Assembly: GCA_964389675.1 (NCBI GenBank) | Contig: CAYMEV010000027.1 | Span: 1 to 39,669 of the forward strand | Length of the DNA stretch: 39,669 nt | Direction of reading: 5' to 3' | DNA from: an uncultured Candidatus Sumerlaeota bacterium | Lineage (GTDB): Bacteria > CAYMEV01 | Shown here: positions 27,932-36,585 of the stretch, piece by piece | Layout: every line of letters begins with the position of its first letter | Position numbering within the stretch: position 1 is the stretch's first letter | Translations under genes and position numbers: made by a program | Notes under the pieces: generated by a model | What the model saw: only the letters and a program-made list of their open reading frames with translations | Told to the model about the DNA's origin: nothing | Databases searched by the model: none

Positions 27932-29587
27932 TTATAGAGCTCTGTTAAGGACATTTATCAGGTCAAAATACCTGAATGGTTTTGTGATCGAAAAATTTAC
28001 GCCATACTGCAGCATTTTTGATTTATCAAGCTCATCCAGATATCCTGAAGTCAGGATGACCTGCGGGATTTTAAGGTTTTTGGTATCCTTCAGCCTGTGA
28101 AGAGTGTTTAATACCCACCAGCCGTCATTATCAGGCAGTCTCAGATCACATATTATTGCATCATATACTGTCGAGGTAGCCATATTGATAGCTTCAGCCG
28201 CACTTCCGACAGTATCGACCTTATAACCTCTGTCCACAAGAATTTCGTACATCATATCAATAAATGTCCTGTCATCATCTATGACAAGTATAGCTTTTTT
28301 ATTGCCGTCCTTTGCTGTATGCTCATAATGTACAGGAAATATTATGCGGGCGGTAAATTCATTATTTCCCTGAGAGAAGAATAAGAGTTTGCCTTTATTT
28401 CTTGATATCAGGCTGAAGGCTATTGAGAAACCAAGGCCCATCGACCAGGGCGACTTTGAAATAAAAGGCTCAAGAGTGTCACTTTCAATATCGAACATAT
28501 CAGAATCGGTACTATATACAATTGAGATTGAAAAATAGTTTTTATCCGCATATGTTGATATCATAAGGCTTGTATCCCTTGAAATAAACTGAAATACATT
28601 ATTTAATATCTCATCAAATGCCCTTTTTATTTCATCCCTCTTTGCTTTGATCAAATAGCCCTTTTCGAGATTTGAATGGATCTCGATCCTTTTATTGCCT
28701 GCTTTCTTCTTAATTTCTTCAAAATCAAGCATTTCTGTAGGGTCAAAGGTACTCAGAGAGATCTCTGATATGGATTCTTCTATCTTAATGTTTGTAAATT
28801 CTTCAATCTTCCTTACTCTGTCAAATGTGTCTGCCAGAACATACTGGACACCATCCAGTATCCTGAGCATATCTTCTCCCTTAAGCTTCTTTCTGAGAGC
28901 TTCAAGAGGGTTTACAATAAACTCCAGAAACCCGAATTCCTTTATCATGGACTTGATAATTCTCTGATAAATAATAATTCTCTCCAGGTCCATTTCATAT
29001 TTAGATATATGATCCCTGGAAAGAAGGTCATGCCCCTTTACCTCCATATAATTAAAGATCTTGATCCCAAGGGACAGCAGATAATAATGCATCTTAAAAA
29101 GCTCCGGGTCAAAGCTGATACGCTGGTAAGGCTTGGATTTCAGTATTACCAGGATGCCCAGCATCTCCTTCTGAAACAGTATTGGTATGCCTATTATTCG
29201 TAATACTTTAAGGTTTTCGAGGCTTGAGGAGATATTGCTTCCGCTCTCGACCTGGACATTTCTGCAAATAATGACCCTTGAAAGAATATCCGGCTGTTCT
29301 TCAGATATCTTAAAATTTTTCAGTGCGACCAGCTTATCTTCTGTAATCCCCTTATATCCGACAAGGTCTATTTCATTGTCATCCCTGTTATACATATAAA
29401 CCAGTGCCGAAGCAATGCCAAAATCCCTCAGCAGCCTGGAGAAGAAATACTTCAGCACCCCTGGAAAATTAAAGCTTCCGGAAAATACTGTCATTATTTC
29501 CCTGAAGGAATCCTCCAGTCTTAAGAGCCTTAAGCTGGCGGATCTTTTTGCATGTTTATGAAATCTCTGGTAGCTGTTTGGTTTCAA
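27932..29587 (-). CDS. GAF, degenerate histidine kinase and receiver hybrid protein
   Basis: GAF (IIGIPILFQKEMLGILVI), HATPase remnants (FDEILNNVF, EPF, MGLGFSIA), and an intact receiver (VIDDD, ICDLRLP, LTSG, KPF). TTG start. Confidence 0.82.
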   Translation of the reverse strand: MKPNSYQRFHKHAKRSASLRLLRLEDSFREIMTVFSGSFNFPGVLKYFFSRLLRDFGIASALVYMYNRDDNEIDLVGYKGITEDKLVALKNFKISEEQPDILSRVIICRNVQVESGSNISSSLENLKVLRIIGIPILFQKEMLGILVILKSKPYQRISFDPELFKMHYYLLSLGIKIFNYMEVKGHDLLSRDHISKYEMDLERIIIYQRIIKSMIKEFGFLEFIVNPLEALRKKLKGEDMLRILDGVQYVLADTFDRVRKIEEFTNIKIEESISEISLSTFDPTEMLDFEEIKKKAGNKRIEIHSNLEKGYLIKAKRDEIKRAFDEILNNVFQFISRDTSLMISTYADKNYFSISIVYSTDSDMFDIESDTLEPFISKSPWSMGLGFSIAFSLISRNKGKLLFFSQGNNEFTARIIFPVHYEHTAKDGNKKAILVIDDDRTFIDMMYEILVDRGYKVDTVGSAAEAINMATSTVYDAIICDLRLPDNDGWWVLNTLHRLKDTKNLKIPQVILTSGYLDELDKSKMLQYGVNFSITKPFRYFDLINVLNRAL

Positions 29588-29617
29588 GTCAGTTTACACC
29601 ACTACTTTCAAATTTTG

Positions 29618-30604
29618 TCAGAAATTGCCCTCTAATATTTTCCAGAACTCAAGAGTATTGATTGTCTTCCTGGTTCTTGTAGACATAATATATCCGAAAA
29701 TATTAAGCATTTTATTGGCATCCCTGATATTCAGGCTGAACAGCCCCTCCAGTGCCTGATTTGAAACACTGAATATGAGGGTCTTTTTGTTTGAAATTGC
29801 ATATGCACTTCTTGGGGAAGGGTCAAGAAATGCCATCTCACCGAAAAAGTCCCCTTTTTTTAATACTACCAGGGCTTCCTCTCCTACTCCCGGGAAAAAC
29901 TTGGATATTCTGACTTCTCCATCCATAATGAAATATACAGATTCTCCCAGGGAACCCTCAGAAAATATCAGCTGGTCTTTTTCAAAGACAATTGACTGGG
30001 ACAGGGTAGTAAGCAGATCAATTTCAGAAACATCAAGCCTGCTGAATATATCAAGCTCCTTTATCGCATAAAATTTATTGTCATAATCGCTGAAATCCTC
30101 TTTTTTCCCGTCGTTCGTGTTAAGCCTCTCCTTGACAATATTGGATTCTTCCTTCTTATCAATCTTAAAGAACTGGCTCAAATGATTTGTAATGACCCTT
30201 AGTTCCCTGGCAATATTAATAAGCAGCATCTTTTTCAGTACAAAGCTTGTTGAATCATTGCTCTTGAAAATGCTGTTAATGTCCCCCCTCGGCAGAATAA
30301 AAAGCTTTGAATCCTTGACCGCTGATATTGTATAGGGCTGGGGAAGCTTATCAAAGACAGATACCGCTCCTAAGATGGACCCTGGTGCATATTCGCTTAT
30401 CCTGATATTATTACCCGTTGACATCATGAACCTGCTTTCCAGCAGGCCTGCCTCAACAAGCCAGATACCATCGAGCTCAGATGAAGCATCCTGAAGGTAC
30501 AGCGTTTCACCCTTCCTGACCTGCTTTTCAGCAAACAACAGTGAAAATTCATCAAGATTAATATTTTCTGTAAGCCTTTTATAATATTTTTTTATAATTT
30601 CCAT
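29618..30604 (-). CDS. Tandem cyclic nucleotide-binding domain protein (no HTH)
   Basis: Two cNMP domains. The second has IFSEGSLGESVYFIMDGEV..GDFFGEMAFLDPSPRSA. Confidence 0.88.
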   Translation of the reverse strand: MEIIKKYYKRLTENINLDEFSLLFAEKQVRKGETLYLQDASSELDGIWLVEAGLLESRFMMSTGNNIRISEYAPGSILGAVSVFDKLPQPYTISAVKDSKLFILPRGDINSIFKSNDSTSFVLKKMLLINIARELRVITNHLSQFFKIDKKEESNIVKERLNTNDGKKEDFSDYDNKFYAIKELDIFSRLDVSEIDLLTTLSQSIVFEKDQLIFSEGSLGESVYFIMDGEVRISKFFPGVGEEALVVLKKGDFFGEMAFLDPSPRSAYAISNKKTLIFSVSNQALEGLFSLNIRDANKMLNIFGYIMSTRTRKTINTLEFWKILEGNF

Positions 30605-30612
30605 TTTCTTAA

Positions 30613-31848
30613 TTACTTTGTCCTGTATAATATATCATTATTGCTAACTGGTAAGTTGTCAATTTTTATATACACTTTCGAATTAGGTTTTGCCTCGCTT
30701 ATGGAATTAAAACTGTCATCAAGAATATCATGCACGGTCATTTTATGTTCAGAGTCCGGGGTTATGAACTCCACTTCAGCATCCAGACTTATATTATTTT
30801 TGAGTTTCATCCCGATAAATCTTTCGTTCCTTATATCCCTGACTTCATTCACGATCCCTATAAAGCAATGCCCTGAGCCGGACAGATGCTCATATTCCTT
30901 ATGACTGAAGTCATCCTGGCTCCCTCTGTTAAAAAACCCATATCCATAGCCTCTGTTTGTGGTATACAGAAGCCTGGTGATATCATTCCGGTCAATATCC
31001 CCACCCTTTATTATCCTTTCGATATTTTTGCGGTAGGCATGGACAACCATCCCTGTATAGAAAGGCCCCTTCATCCTGCCTTCGATCTTAAATGAATCAA
31101 GGTTGATCTTCATCAGGGCTTCAAGATATTCCAGCGACATGAGATCATACGGAGAAAAGAAGGAGGTGAACTGCTCTCCTTCCTCAAGTATAAAGACATC
31201 TTTATTTCTTTTCTCCTCTATTATTTTATATTTCCACCTGCAGGGGTGTTTGCATTTGCCCTTGTTCGCGCTGTTGGCTGTTAAAAAGTCCGACATAAAG
31301 CATTTTCCTGAAAAAGAGATACATATAGCCCCGTGAATAAAGATCTCAAGCTCAACCCCATGGCAATTTTTTTTAATCTCTGAAATATCCTTTACCGAAA
31401 GCTCCCTGCCAAGGTTTATACGTTTTATTTTGTTTTCTTTCCAGAATTTAACTGAATTTGAATTCAGAGTATTTGCCTGCGTGCTTAAATGGAGAGGTAT
31501 CCCCGTTCTAATCCGGTTCAGGGCATAAACGGCACCAGGGTCAGCCACTATAAATCCATCCGGTTTTAATTCGCTTATGTTCCTTATATAGGATGTATAA
31601 TCAGCCAGTTCGTGTTCAAACAAAAAGCTGTTTACTGTTATATAAGCCTTAACACTGTTCTCATGACAGTACCTGATTATCTTTTCGATATTGTCAATAT
31701 CCCCGATCTCAGTAAGAGAACGCAGGGAGAATGCATTACCGGCATATACAGCATCAGCTCCGAAATGAACAGCGGAGATCAGAGATTCAAAGCTCCCGGC
31801 AGGAGCTAATAATTCAGGCCTTCTTAGTTCTGGATAAATTGGCTCAAT
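30613..31848 (-). CDS. U32 family Fe-S protein (TrhP/YegQ-like tRNA hydroxylation); start codon non-canonical or frameshifted
   Basis: The frame stays open beyond the ORF-track start (31623) through RRPELLAPAGSFESLISAVHFGADAVYAG. It carries the Cys motif GAICISFSGKC..NKGKCKHPCRW and SFKIEGRMK. The proposed ATT start at 31848 gives 411 aa. Confidence 0.85.
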   Translation of the reverse strand: MEPIYPELRRPELLAPAGSFESLISAVHFGADAVYAGNAFSLRSLTEIGDIDNIEKIIRYCHENSVKAYITVNSFLFEHELADYTSYIRNISELKPDGFIVADPGAVYALNRIRTGIPLHLSTQANTLNSNSVKFWKENKIKRINLGRELSVKDISEIKKNCHGVELEIFIHGAICISFSGKCFMSDFLTANSANKGKCKHPCRWKYKIIEEKRNKDVFILEEGEQFTSFFSPYDLMSLEYLEALMKINLDSFKIEGRMKGPFYTGMVVHAYRKNIERIIKGGDIDRNDITRLLYTTNRGYGYGFFNRGSQDDFSHKEYEHLSGSGHCFIGIVNEVRDIRNERFIGMKLKNNISLDAEVEFITPDSEHKMTVHDILDDSFNSISEAKPNSKVYIKIDNLPVSNNDILYRTK

Positions 31849-31866
31849 AGCGATGTATCCTTATTA

Positions 31867-32076
31867 CTATCTCTTTAGGACTTCTCTTCTTATCTTTTTC
31901 TTAATCTTTTTTTCTGCTTTTTTCATGTTCTTTCTTCTGACATCGCTTGGCTTTTCAAAGAACCGGTGTTTCTTAATATCCTTTGTGAGCCCTTCCTTCT
32001 TTGATTTGCGCTTTAATTTCTGCAAAGCCTTTTCGATGTCGTTATCAACACCTACAATGAGGTTTGATTTCAGCAT
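31867..32076 (-). CDS. rpsU: 30S ribosomal protein S21
   Basis: DIEKALQKLKRKSKKEGLTKDIKKHRFFEKPS. Strong SD GGGGTGAT. Confidence 0.95.
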   Translation of the reverse strand: MLKSNLIVGVDNDIEKALQKLKRKSKKEGLTKDIKKHRFFEKPSDVRRKNMKKAEKKIKKKIRREVLKR

Positions 32077-32109
32077 TTAGATCACCCCTTTTAATGTATA
32101 AATAATCTT

Positions 32110-32141
32110 AACACATTTAACAATATTATAATATTTGTCAA
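32110..32141 (-). promoter_or_regulatory. Putative rpsU promoter region
   Basis: TTGACA on the minus strand at 32136-32141. The -10 position is ambiguous in an AT-rich stretch. Confidence 0.4.
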
Positions 32142-32196
32142 TAATAAAATGCGTAATTTTATTTAGAATAACCTGTTTTCAGGGAAAAATCAAGAA

Positions 32197-33453
32197 TTAT
32201 TTTATCTTTGCCCATCTCTGTTTGAAATATACCACGCCATACTGCTCCATACAGCCATTCTTCTCTACCTGAAATTCATACATGCGGTTCTGGTGATCAA
32301 AGGATTCATCTATTTCTCTGTTATAAATGCTTACTGAAAGGTGATAGGTTCCTGGAAGCAGATTCAGGCTGTCTATTGAAAATTCAATGATACCCTCGTT
32401 TTCAATGAAATCGATCTCCTGGTTGGCATATTTGGAGTTTGGGCCGCATATATGAATTCCGTCATCCCGGTGAATTCCAATACCGAATGTCGGATACTCT
32501 ATTCTGTTTTTGCATTTGTAATAGATGTGAAGGATAAATTTTTCGCCGATCTTAAACCTTTTTGTGGAGGAACCATCTTTATTCATAAGGGCAACATTTG
32601 TTATCAGAGCTTTTTCAGTCCCCCATCTTTTCCTGATCGCTGATGCATCCTCCTCGATTTCTGATCCGGGTTCCTCTCCATCTTCTTCAAATCCCGAAAG
32701 GTTCTTTTTTTTCTGGTCATCAAGGATCTCGTGATATGTTTCTATAACCTCATCCACATCGCCGATCGCCCTCTGATCGCCCTTGTGCACAAGCATCGCC
32801 CGGTCGCATATCTCCTTTACGCTGTTCAGGTCATGAGATACGAACACAATTGTTTTTCCCCTGTTCTTTATCTCTGTGATCTTCTTTAAGCATTTCTCCT
32901 GAAAGTTCTCATCACCCACGGCCAGTATCTCGTCAAAGAGGAGAATATCGGGATCAAGCTGGATCGCAACGGAGAAACCAAGCCTCATCAGCATGCCTGA
33001 TGAATAGTTTTTGACCTTTGTATCAATGAACTTGTGCAGTCCTGAAAAATCCAGGATCTCATATATCTTTGTCCTGAGGTCCTTCTTTGAAAATCCCAGG
33101 ATTGAGGCATTCAGGAAGATATTTTCTCTCCCTGTGAGATCCGGATGGAATCCCGAACCCAGTTCAAGCAGGGCGGCTAATTTACCGTTTATCTCAATCT
33201 TTCCGCCATCTGCCTGCAGGATCCTGGCAATTATCTTAAGAAGCGTGCTTTTGCCTGAACCATTTCTTCCTACAATGCCGAATGTTTCGCCTTTCAGTAT
33301 TTCGCAATTAATATTGTTCAGAGCCCAGAAGACCTCCTTGTTGGACTTCTTTCTCTTAAAGAGGTCTATAATGGAGTGTTTGATATATGAGGCCTTTTCC
33401 CGGTTGATTATAAAACGTTTAGAAATATTATCCAGTATGATTGCTTCTTTCAT
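32197..33453 (-). CDS. wzt: Polysaccharide ABC exporter ATP-binding subunit with C-terminal carbohydrate-binding domain
   Basis: Motifs GRNGSGKSTL, ELGSGFHPDLTGRENI, YSSGMLMRLGF and FDEILAVGD. Ig-like Wzt_C domain (LNLLPGTYHLSVSI). Confidence 0.95.
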   Translation of the reverse strand: MKEAIILDNISKRFIINREKASYIKHSIIDLFKRKKSNKEVFWALNNINCEILKGETFGIVGRNGSGKSTLLKIIARILQADGGKIEINGKLAALLELGSGFHPDLTGRENIFLNASILGFSKKDLRTKIYEILDFSGLHKFIDTKVKNYSSGMLMRLGFSVAIQLDPDILLFDEILAVGDENFQEKCLKKITEIKNRGKTIVFVSHDLNSVKEICDRAMLVHKGDQRAIGDVDEVIETYHEILDDQKKKNLSGFEEDGEEPGSEIEEDASAIRKRWGTEKALITNVALMNKDGSSTKRFKIGEKFILHIYYKCKNRIEYPTFGIGIHRDDGIHICGPNSKYANQEIDFIENEGIIEFSIDSLNLLPGTYHLSVSIYNREIDESFDHQNRMYEFQVEKNGCMEQYGVVYFKQRWAKIK

Positions 33454-33459
33454 CTTTCT

Positions 33460-34242
33460 TTAAGCCAGCTCCGGAAACCTTTTTTCATGTTTCAGGAAGA
33501 AATACCTCCCTGCAAAAAAGACTATGAAGGATGATACCGCCATCCTGATTATCATATTCATTGTGGGCCAGCTGTCATACATCATGATATTTCTGAAACT
33601 GCTTATAAACACAGCCATCGGGTTCAGCATATATACAGGCATTATTTCAGGCCGGTTCTGCACCATCTCCAGCGGATATACAATAGGGGTCAGCCAGAAC
33701 CATACAATGATGATCACATCCACTATGTGCTTCATATCCCTGAAAAATACATAAAGTACTGCAAAAATATAGCAGAGCCCGCATATAAAAAATGACTGAA
33801 AAAGGATCAGGACAGGCATTAATATTATCTTCTCCGAAAGCGGTATTTTAAAGTATATCAAAGCCGGAATCAGGATAACCAGAGTTATCATATACTGAAT
33901 AAGGTTTGAAAGAACAATGGAAAGGACAATGATCTCCCGGGGAAAATATACCTTTTGTATCAGGGGGGAATTATCGACTATTGACGAGACAGACATGGCC
34001 ATGGAAGCAACAAGGAAATTCCATGGAAGCAGTGCAATTATGAAAAATAACGGGAAGTTCTCAACATTAAGCCTGATTATAAACTGAAATGCAATAGTAT
34101 ATATTACCAGCATCAGCAAAGGGTTCAGCAGGCTCCAGATTATTCCTAGTATTGATTCCTTGTATTTTATCTTAAGGTCACGGTAGACAAGATTCTTTAT
34201 CAGTTCTCTGTAATTGAAAAGTTCTGAAAAATTAAATATCAA
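33460..34242 (-). CDS. wzm: Polysaccharide ABC exporter permease
   Basis: Motifs RDLKIKYKESILGIIWSLLNPL, LIQKVYFPRE, FFRDMKH, LTPIVYP and LNPM. Confidence 0.95.
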   Translation of the reverse strand: MIFNFSELFNYRELIKNLVYRDLKIKYKESILGIIWSLLNPLLMLVIYTIAFQFIIRLNVENFPLFFIIALLPWNFLVASMAMSVSSIVDNSPLIQKVYFPREIIVLSIVLSNLIQYMITLVILIPALIYFKIPLSEKIILMPVLILFQSFFICGLCYIFAVLYVFFRDMKHIVDVIIIVWFWLTPIVYPLEMVQNRPEIMPVYMLNPMAVFISSFRNIMMYDSWPTMNMIIRMAVSSFIVFFAGRYFFLKHEKRFPELA

Positions 34243-35453
34243 AAGATCCCCTTCCCTTTCTTAAAATTCTCCAGGTATTTCATGATCTCTTCCGGCTCGT
34301 TCTCAAAAAGCTTTTTCAATTTATCATATAATAATTCCGTCTTGAATTTAAGGTTTGATGAATTAAGAAGCTCGAGAACTACAAGCTTATCATAATGCCT
34401 TTTTTCCCCTTTAAGAAGATAAAGCCTTTTATACAGGAAAATCAGGGCATTAAGGCTCAGGATAGGGGCGTATTCCATCGGCGCAAAGAAGGGGAGTTCA
34501 TAATAGGACAGGAAAAATACATGAAAATCATCCATTACCTTCTTTTTATTCAGGGATAATCTCTTTGCCAGCAATTTAGGCAGAGCTGTTATGACACCGA
34601 GGTATATCATTATTACCTCAATTCTGAATTTACCAAGTAAAAGGGTCTTGGCATGAGAAATACCCCTTCTGATAAGTATCCTCACTGCATGCTTTAATTC
34701 AAAGTTCTTTATGATCGTATAAAGAAGGTTTCTCTCAATAAGCTTGAATTTAAACCCGTACTTCAGGTTCCTCACGCTCTGGGAATGGTAGTGGTATACT
34801 ACTGAATCCGGAGCGGAATAAAAGCTGTAGCCCAGAATATTAGCCCTGTAACACCAGTCAACATCCTCATAATACATAAAATAGCTCTCATCAAGGAGGC
34901 CTACTTTATCCGTATCAAAGAGCTCCCTTCTTATCAGGCATGCCCCGAAACAGATTCCAAATACCCTCTCCACAGCGTCATACTGACCGAGATCGTATAA
35001 TCCGACTCCTCTGTTAAAGGCACTCCCGTTTGAATCAATGCAGGTCCCTATATTGTCCAGAAGGTTTTTATCATGCATGAAAAAGACCTTTGATGCTATC
35101 CCGGCACAACCTGGATATTTCTGCATGACATCAAGTGCCTGCTTTAATGCATCCTTCTTAACCTGGATATCAAAATTGCTTATGAAAACATAGTCCTTTC
35201 TGCTTGCTTTGACAGAATTATTTACTGCTTTTGCAAATCCTAAATTCTTATCAGAATATATGAACTGAAACTCGGTATCCCGGTTCTTTGATCTAAGCTC
35301 CTGTTCATATGATTTCAATTCCATAAGGTTTTTGGAATTATTATCATAGACAATAATCTCAGGATTTGCACCCTCCTGGTTTATATAGCTCTGTATGCAG
35401 TCATCAAGCATTTTTATTGTGGAATTATAGTTTATGATTATAACAGAGATCAT
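34239..35453 (-). CDS. Glycosyltransferase family 2
   Basis: Motifs ISVIIINYN, YDNNS, NLGFAKAVN, GLLDESYFMYYEDVDWCYR and VYHYHS. Confidence 0.92.
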   Translation of the reverse strand: MISVIIINYNSTIKMLDDCIQSYINQEGANPEIIVYDNNSKNLMELKSYEQELRSKNRDTEFQFIYSDKNLGFAKAVNNSVKASRKDYVFISNFDIQVKKDALKQALDVMQKYPGCAGIASKVFFMHDKNLLDNIGTCIDSNGSAFNRGVGLYDLGQYDAVERVFGICFGACLIRRELFDTDKVGLLDESYFMYYEDVDWCYRANILGYSFYSAPDSVVYHYHSQSVRNLKYGFKFKLIERNLLYTIIKNFELKHAVRILIRRGISHAKTLLLGKFRIEVIMIYLGVITALPKLLAKRLSLNKKKVMDDFHVFFLSYYELPFFAPMEYAPILSLNALIFLYKRLYLLKGEKRHYDKLVVLELLNSSNLKFKTELLYDKLKKLFENEPEEIMKYLENFKKGKGIF

Positions 35454-36562
35454 AATTTTGCTGATACCTCTCGGATCTTTTTATTATATCTTTCATTGGC
35501 TTTCTGCCATGTAAAATTCTTCATATGCAAAGATGCATTACCCGACATTTTCTCTCTCAGGTCTTTTTCCCTTATAAGCCTGCAGGCATGTTCAATAAAT
35601 TCATTCCTGTCATTAACAAGGAATCCTGTCTCTCCGTCCCTTACGATCTCAGGATGGGCACCGGCCTTATACAGTATAACAGGCTTTCCGAAGGTCTGTG
35701 CTTCAGCTGCCGGAAGGTTGAACCCTTCCCACTTGGAACAGCTGACATAGATATCCGACTGAGAATAAATGGATTTCATATATTCAGAGGGGGCCTTCAC
35801 CATCACTTTTGCGCCATATTTCTCAATGTAAAGCTTATCATCCTCATCTCCATAACCGATCATCAAAAGCTCCGCATTCTCCTCTTCTTCTTTTATCCTG
35901 AGGAAATTATCCAAAAGTTCCTGTGTCCCTTTATCAGGCTGTTTTTCAGGATTCAGCCTTCCTACATACAGGAGGATTACCGCATTATCAGAAATGTTCA
36001 ATTCTTTTCTGATATCGATTTCAACCTGGCTTGCATCATTTTTGTAGTGGTCAGTGCCATTATATATGACAGAGCATTTTTTTCTAGTATAAAATGGGTA
36101 ATTTTCCTGTATAAACCTTGATACTGTTATTATATGCCTTGAAAAAGGAAAATAGATATGCCTCTGCATAAAACTCACATAAAAAAAATTCAGCCTGATC
36201 CCCAATGGAAAGCCTCTGGTGGAGCTGACACCATGATCTACTATGATCACGGGCTTTTTCAGGAATAAGCTTAAGCAGAAGAACGGGTAGGTCTCTATTA
36301 TGTAAAGGTCAACATCCTGACTGTTTAGAAATTCAGCCTTTTTATATGCATTAAATTCATATCTCGGTGCAACTGCATTCGCGGGGACGCTGAGAGGAAC
36401 CACACCATATCCGGGCCGGTCTTTCTGATAGGTATTATCAGTAATGCTCGGAAAAACAGTTACATCATGCCCCATACTGACCAGGCCCCTTGCTGTCTGA
36501 TCAATCACCAGATCAACACCGAAGCCTAAAAGCATTCTTTCTGCAATAAACCCTATCTTCAT
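35450..36562 (-). CDS. Glycosyltransferase family 4 (GT-B)
   Basis: Motifs VIYNG, LLYVGRL, SKWEGFNLPAAEAQTFGKPVI and EIVRDGETGFLV. Confidence 0.93.
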   Translation of the reverse strand: MKIGFIAERMLLGFGVDLVIDQTARGLVSMGHDVTVFPSITDNTYQKDRPGYGVVPLSVPANAVAPRYEFNAYKKAEFLNSQDVDLYIIETYPFFCLSLFLKKPVIIVDHGVSSTRGFPLGIRLNFFYVSFMQRHIYFPFSRHIITVSRFIQENYPFYTRKKCSVIYNGTDHYKNDASQVEIDIRKELNISDNAVILLYVGRLNPEKQPDKGTQELLDNFLRIKEEEENAELLMIGYGDEDDKLYIEKYGAKVMVKAPSEYMKSIYSQSDIYVSCSKWEGFNLPAAEAQTFGKPVILYKAGAHPEIVRDGETGFLVNDRNEFIEHACRLIREKDLREKMSGNASLHMKNFTWQKANERYNKKIREVSAKL

Positions 36563-36585
36563 AATTCTTCCTGTTCCCTTTTTTC

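Noticed and set aside
31861..31869. Stop-codon readthrough fusion of RpsU to the in-frame U32 protein
   Set aside because: Three consecutive stops (TAG TAA TAA) make readthrough implausible.
32122..32135. Perfect 14-bp palindrome AATATTATAATATT in the rpsU promoter spacer
   Set aside because: Pure A/T in a very AT-rich intergenic region, so likely chance. Not repeated elsewhere that I could see.
35525..36121. 198-aa plus-strand ORF
   Set aside because: Antisense to a well-supported GT4 gene, with no motifs.
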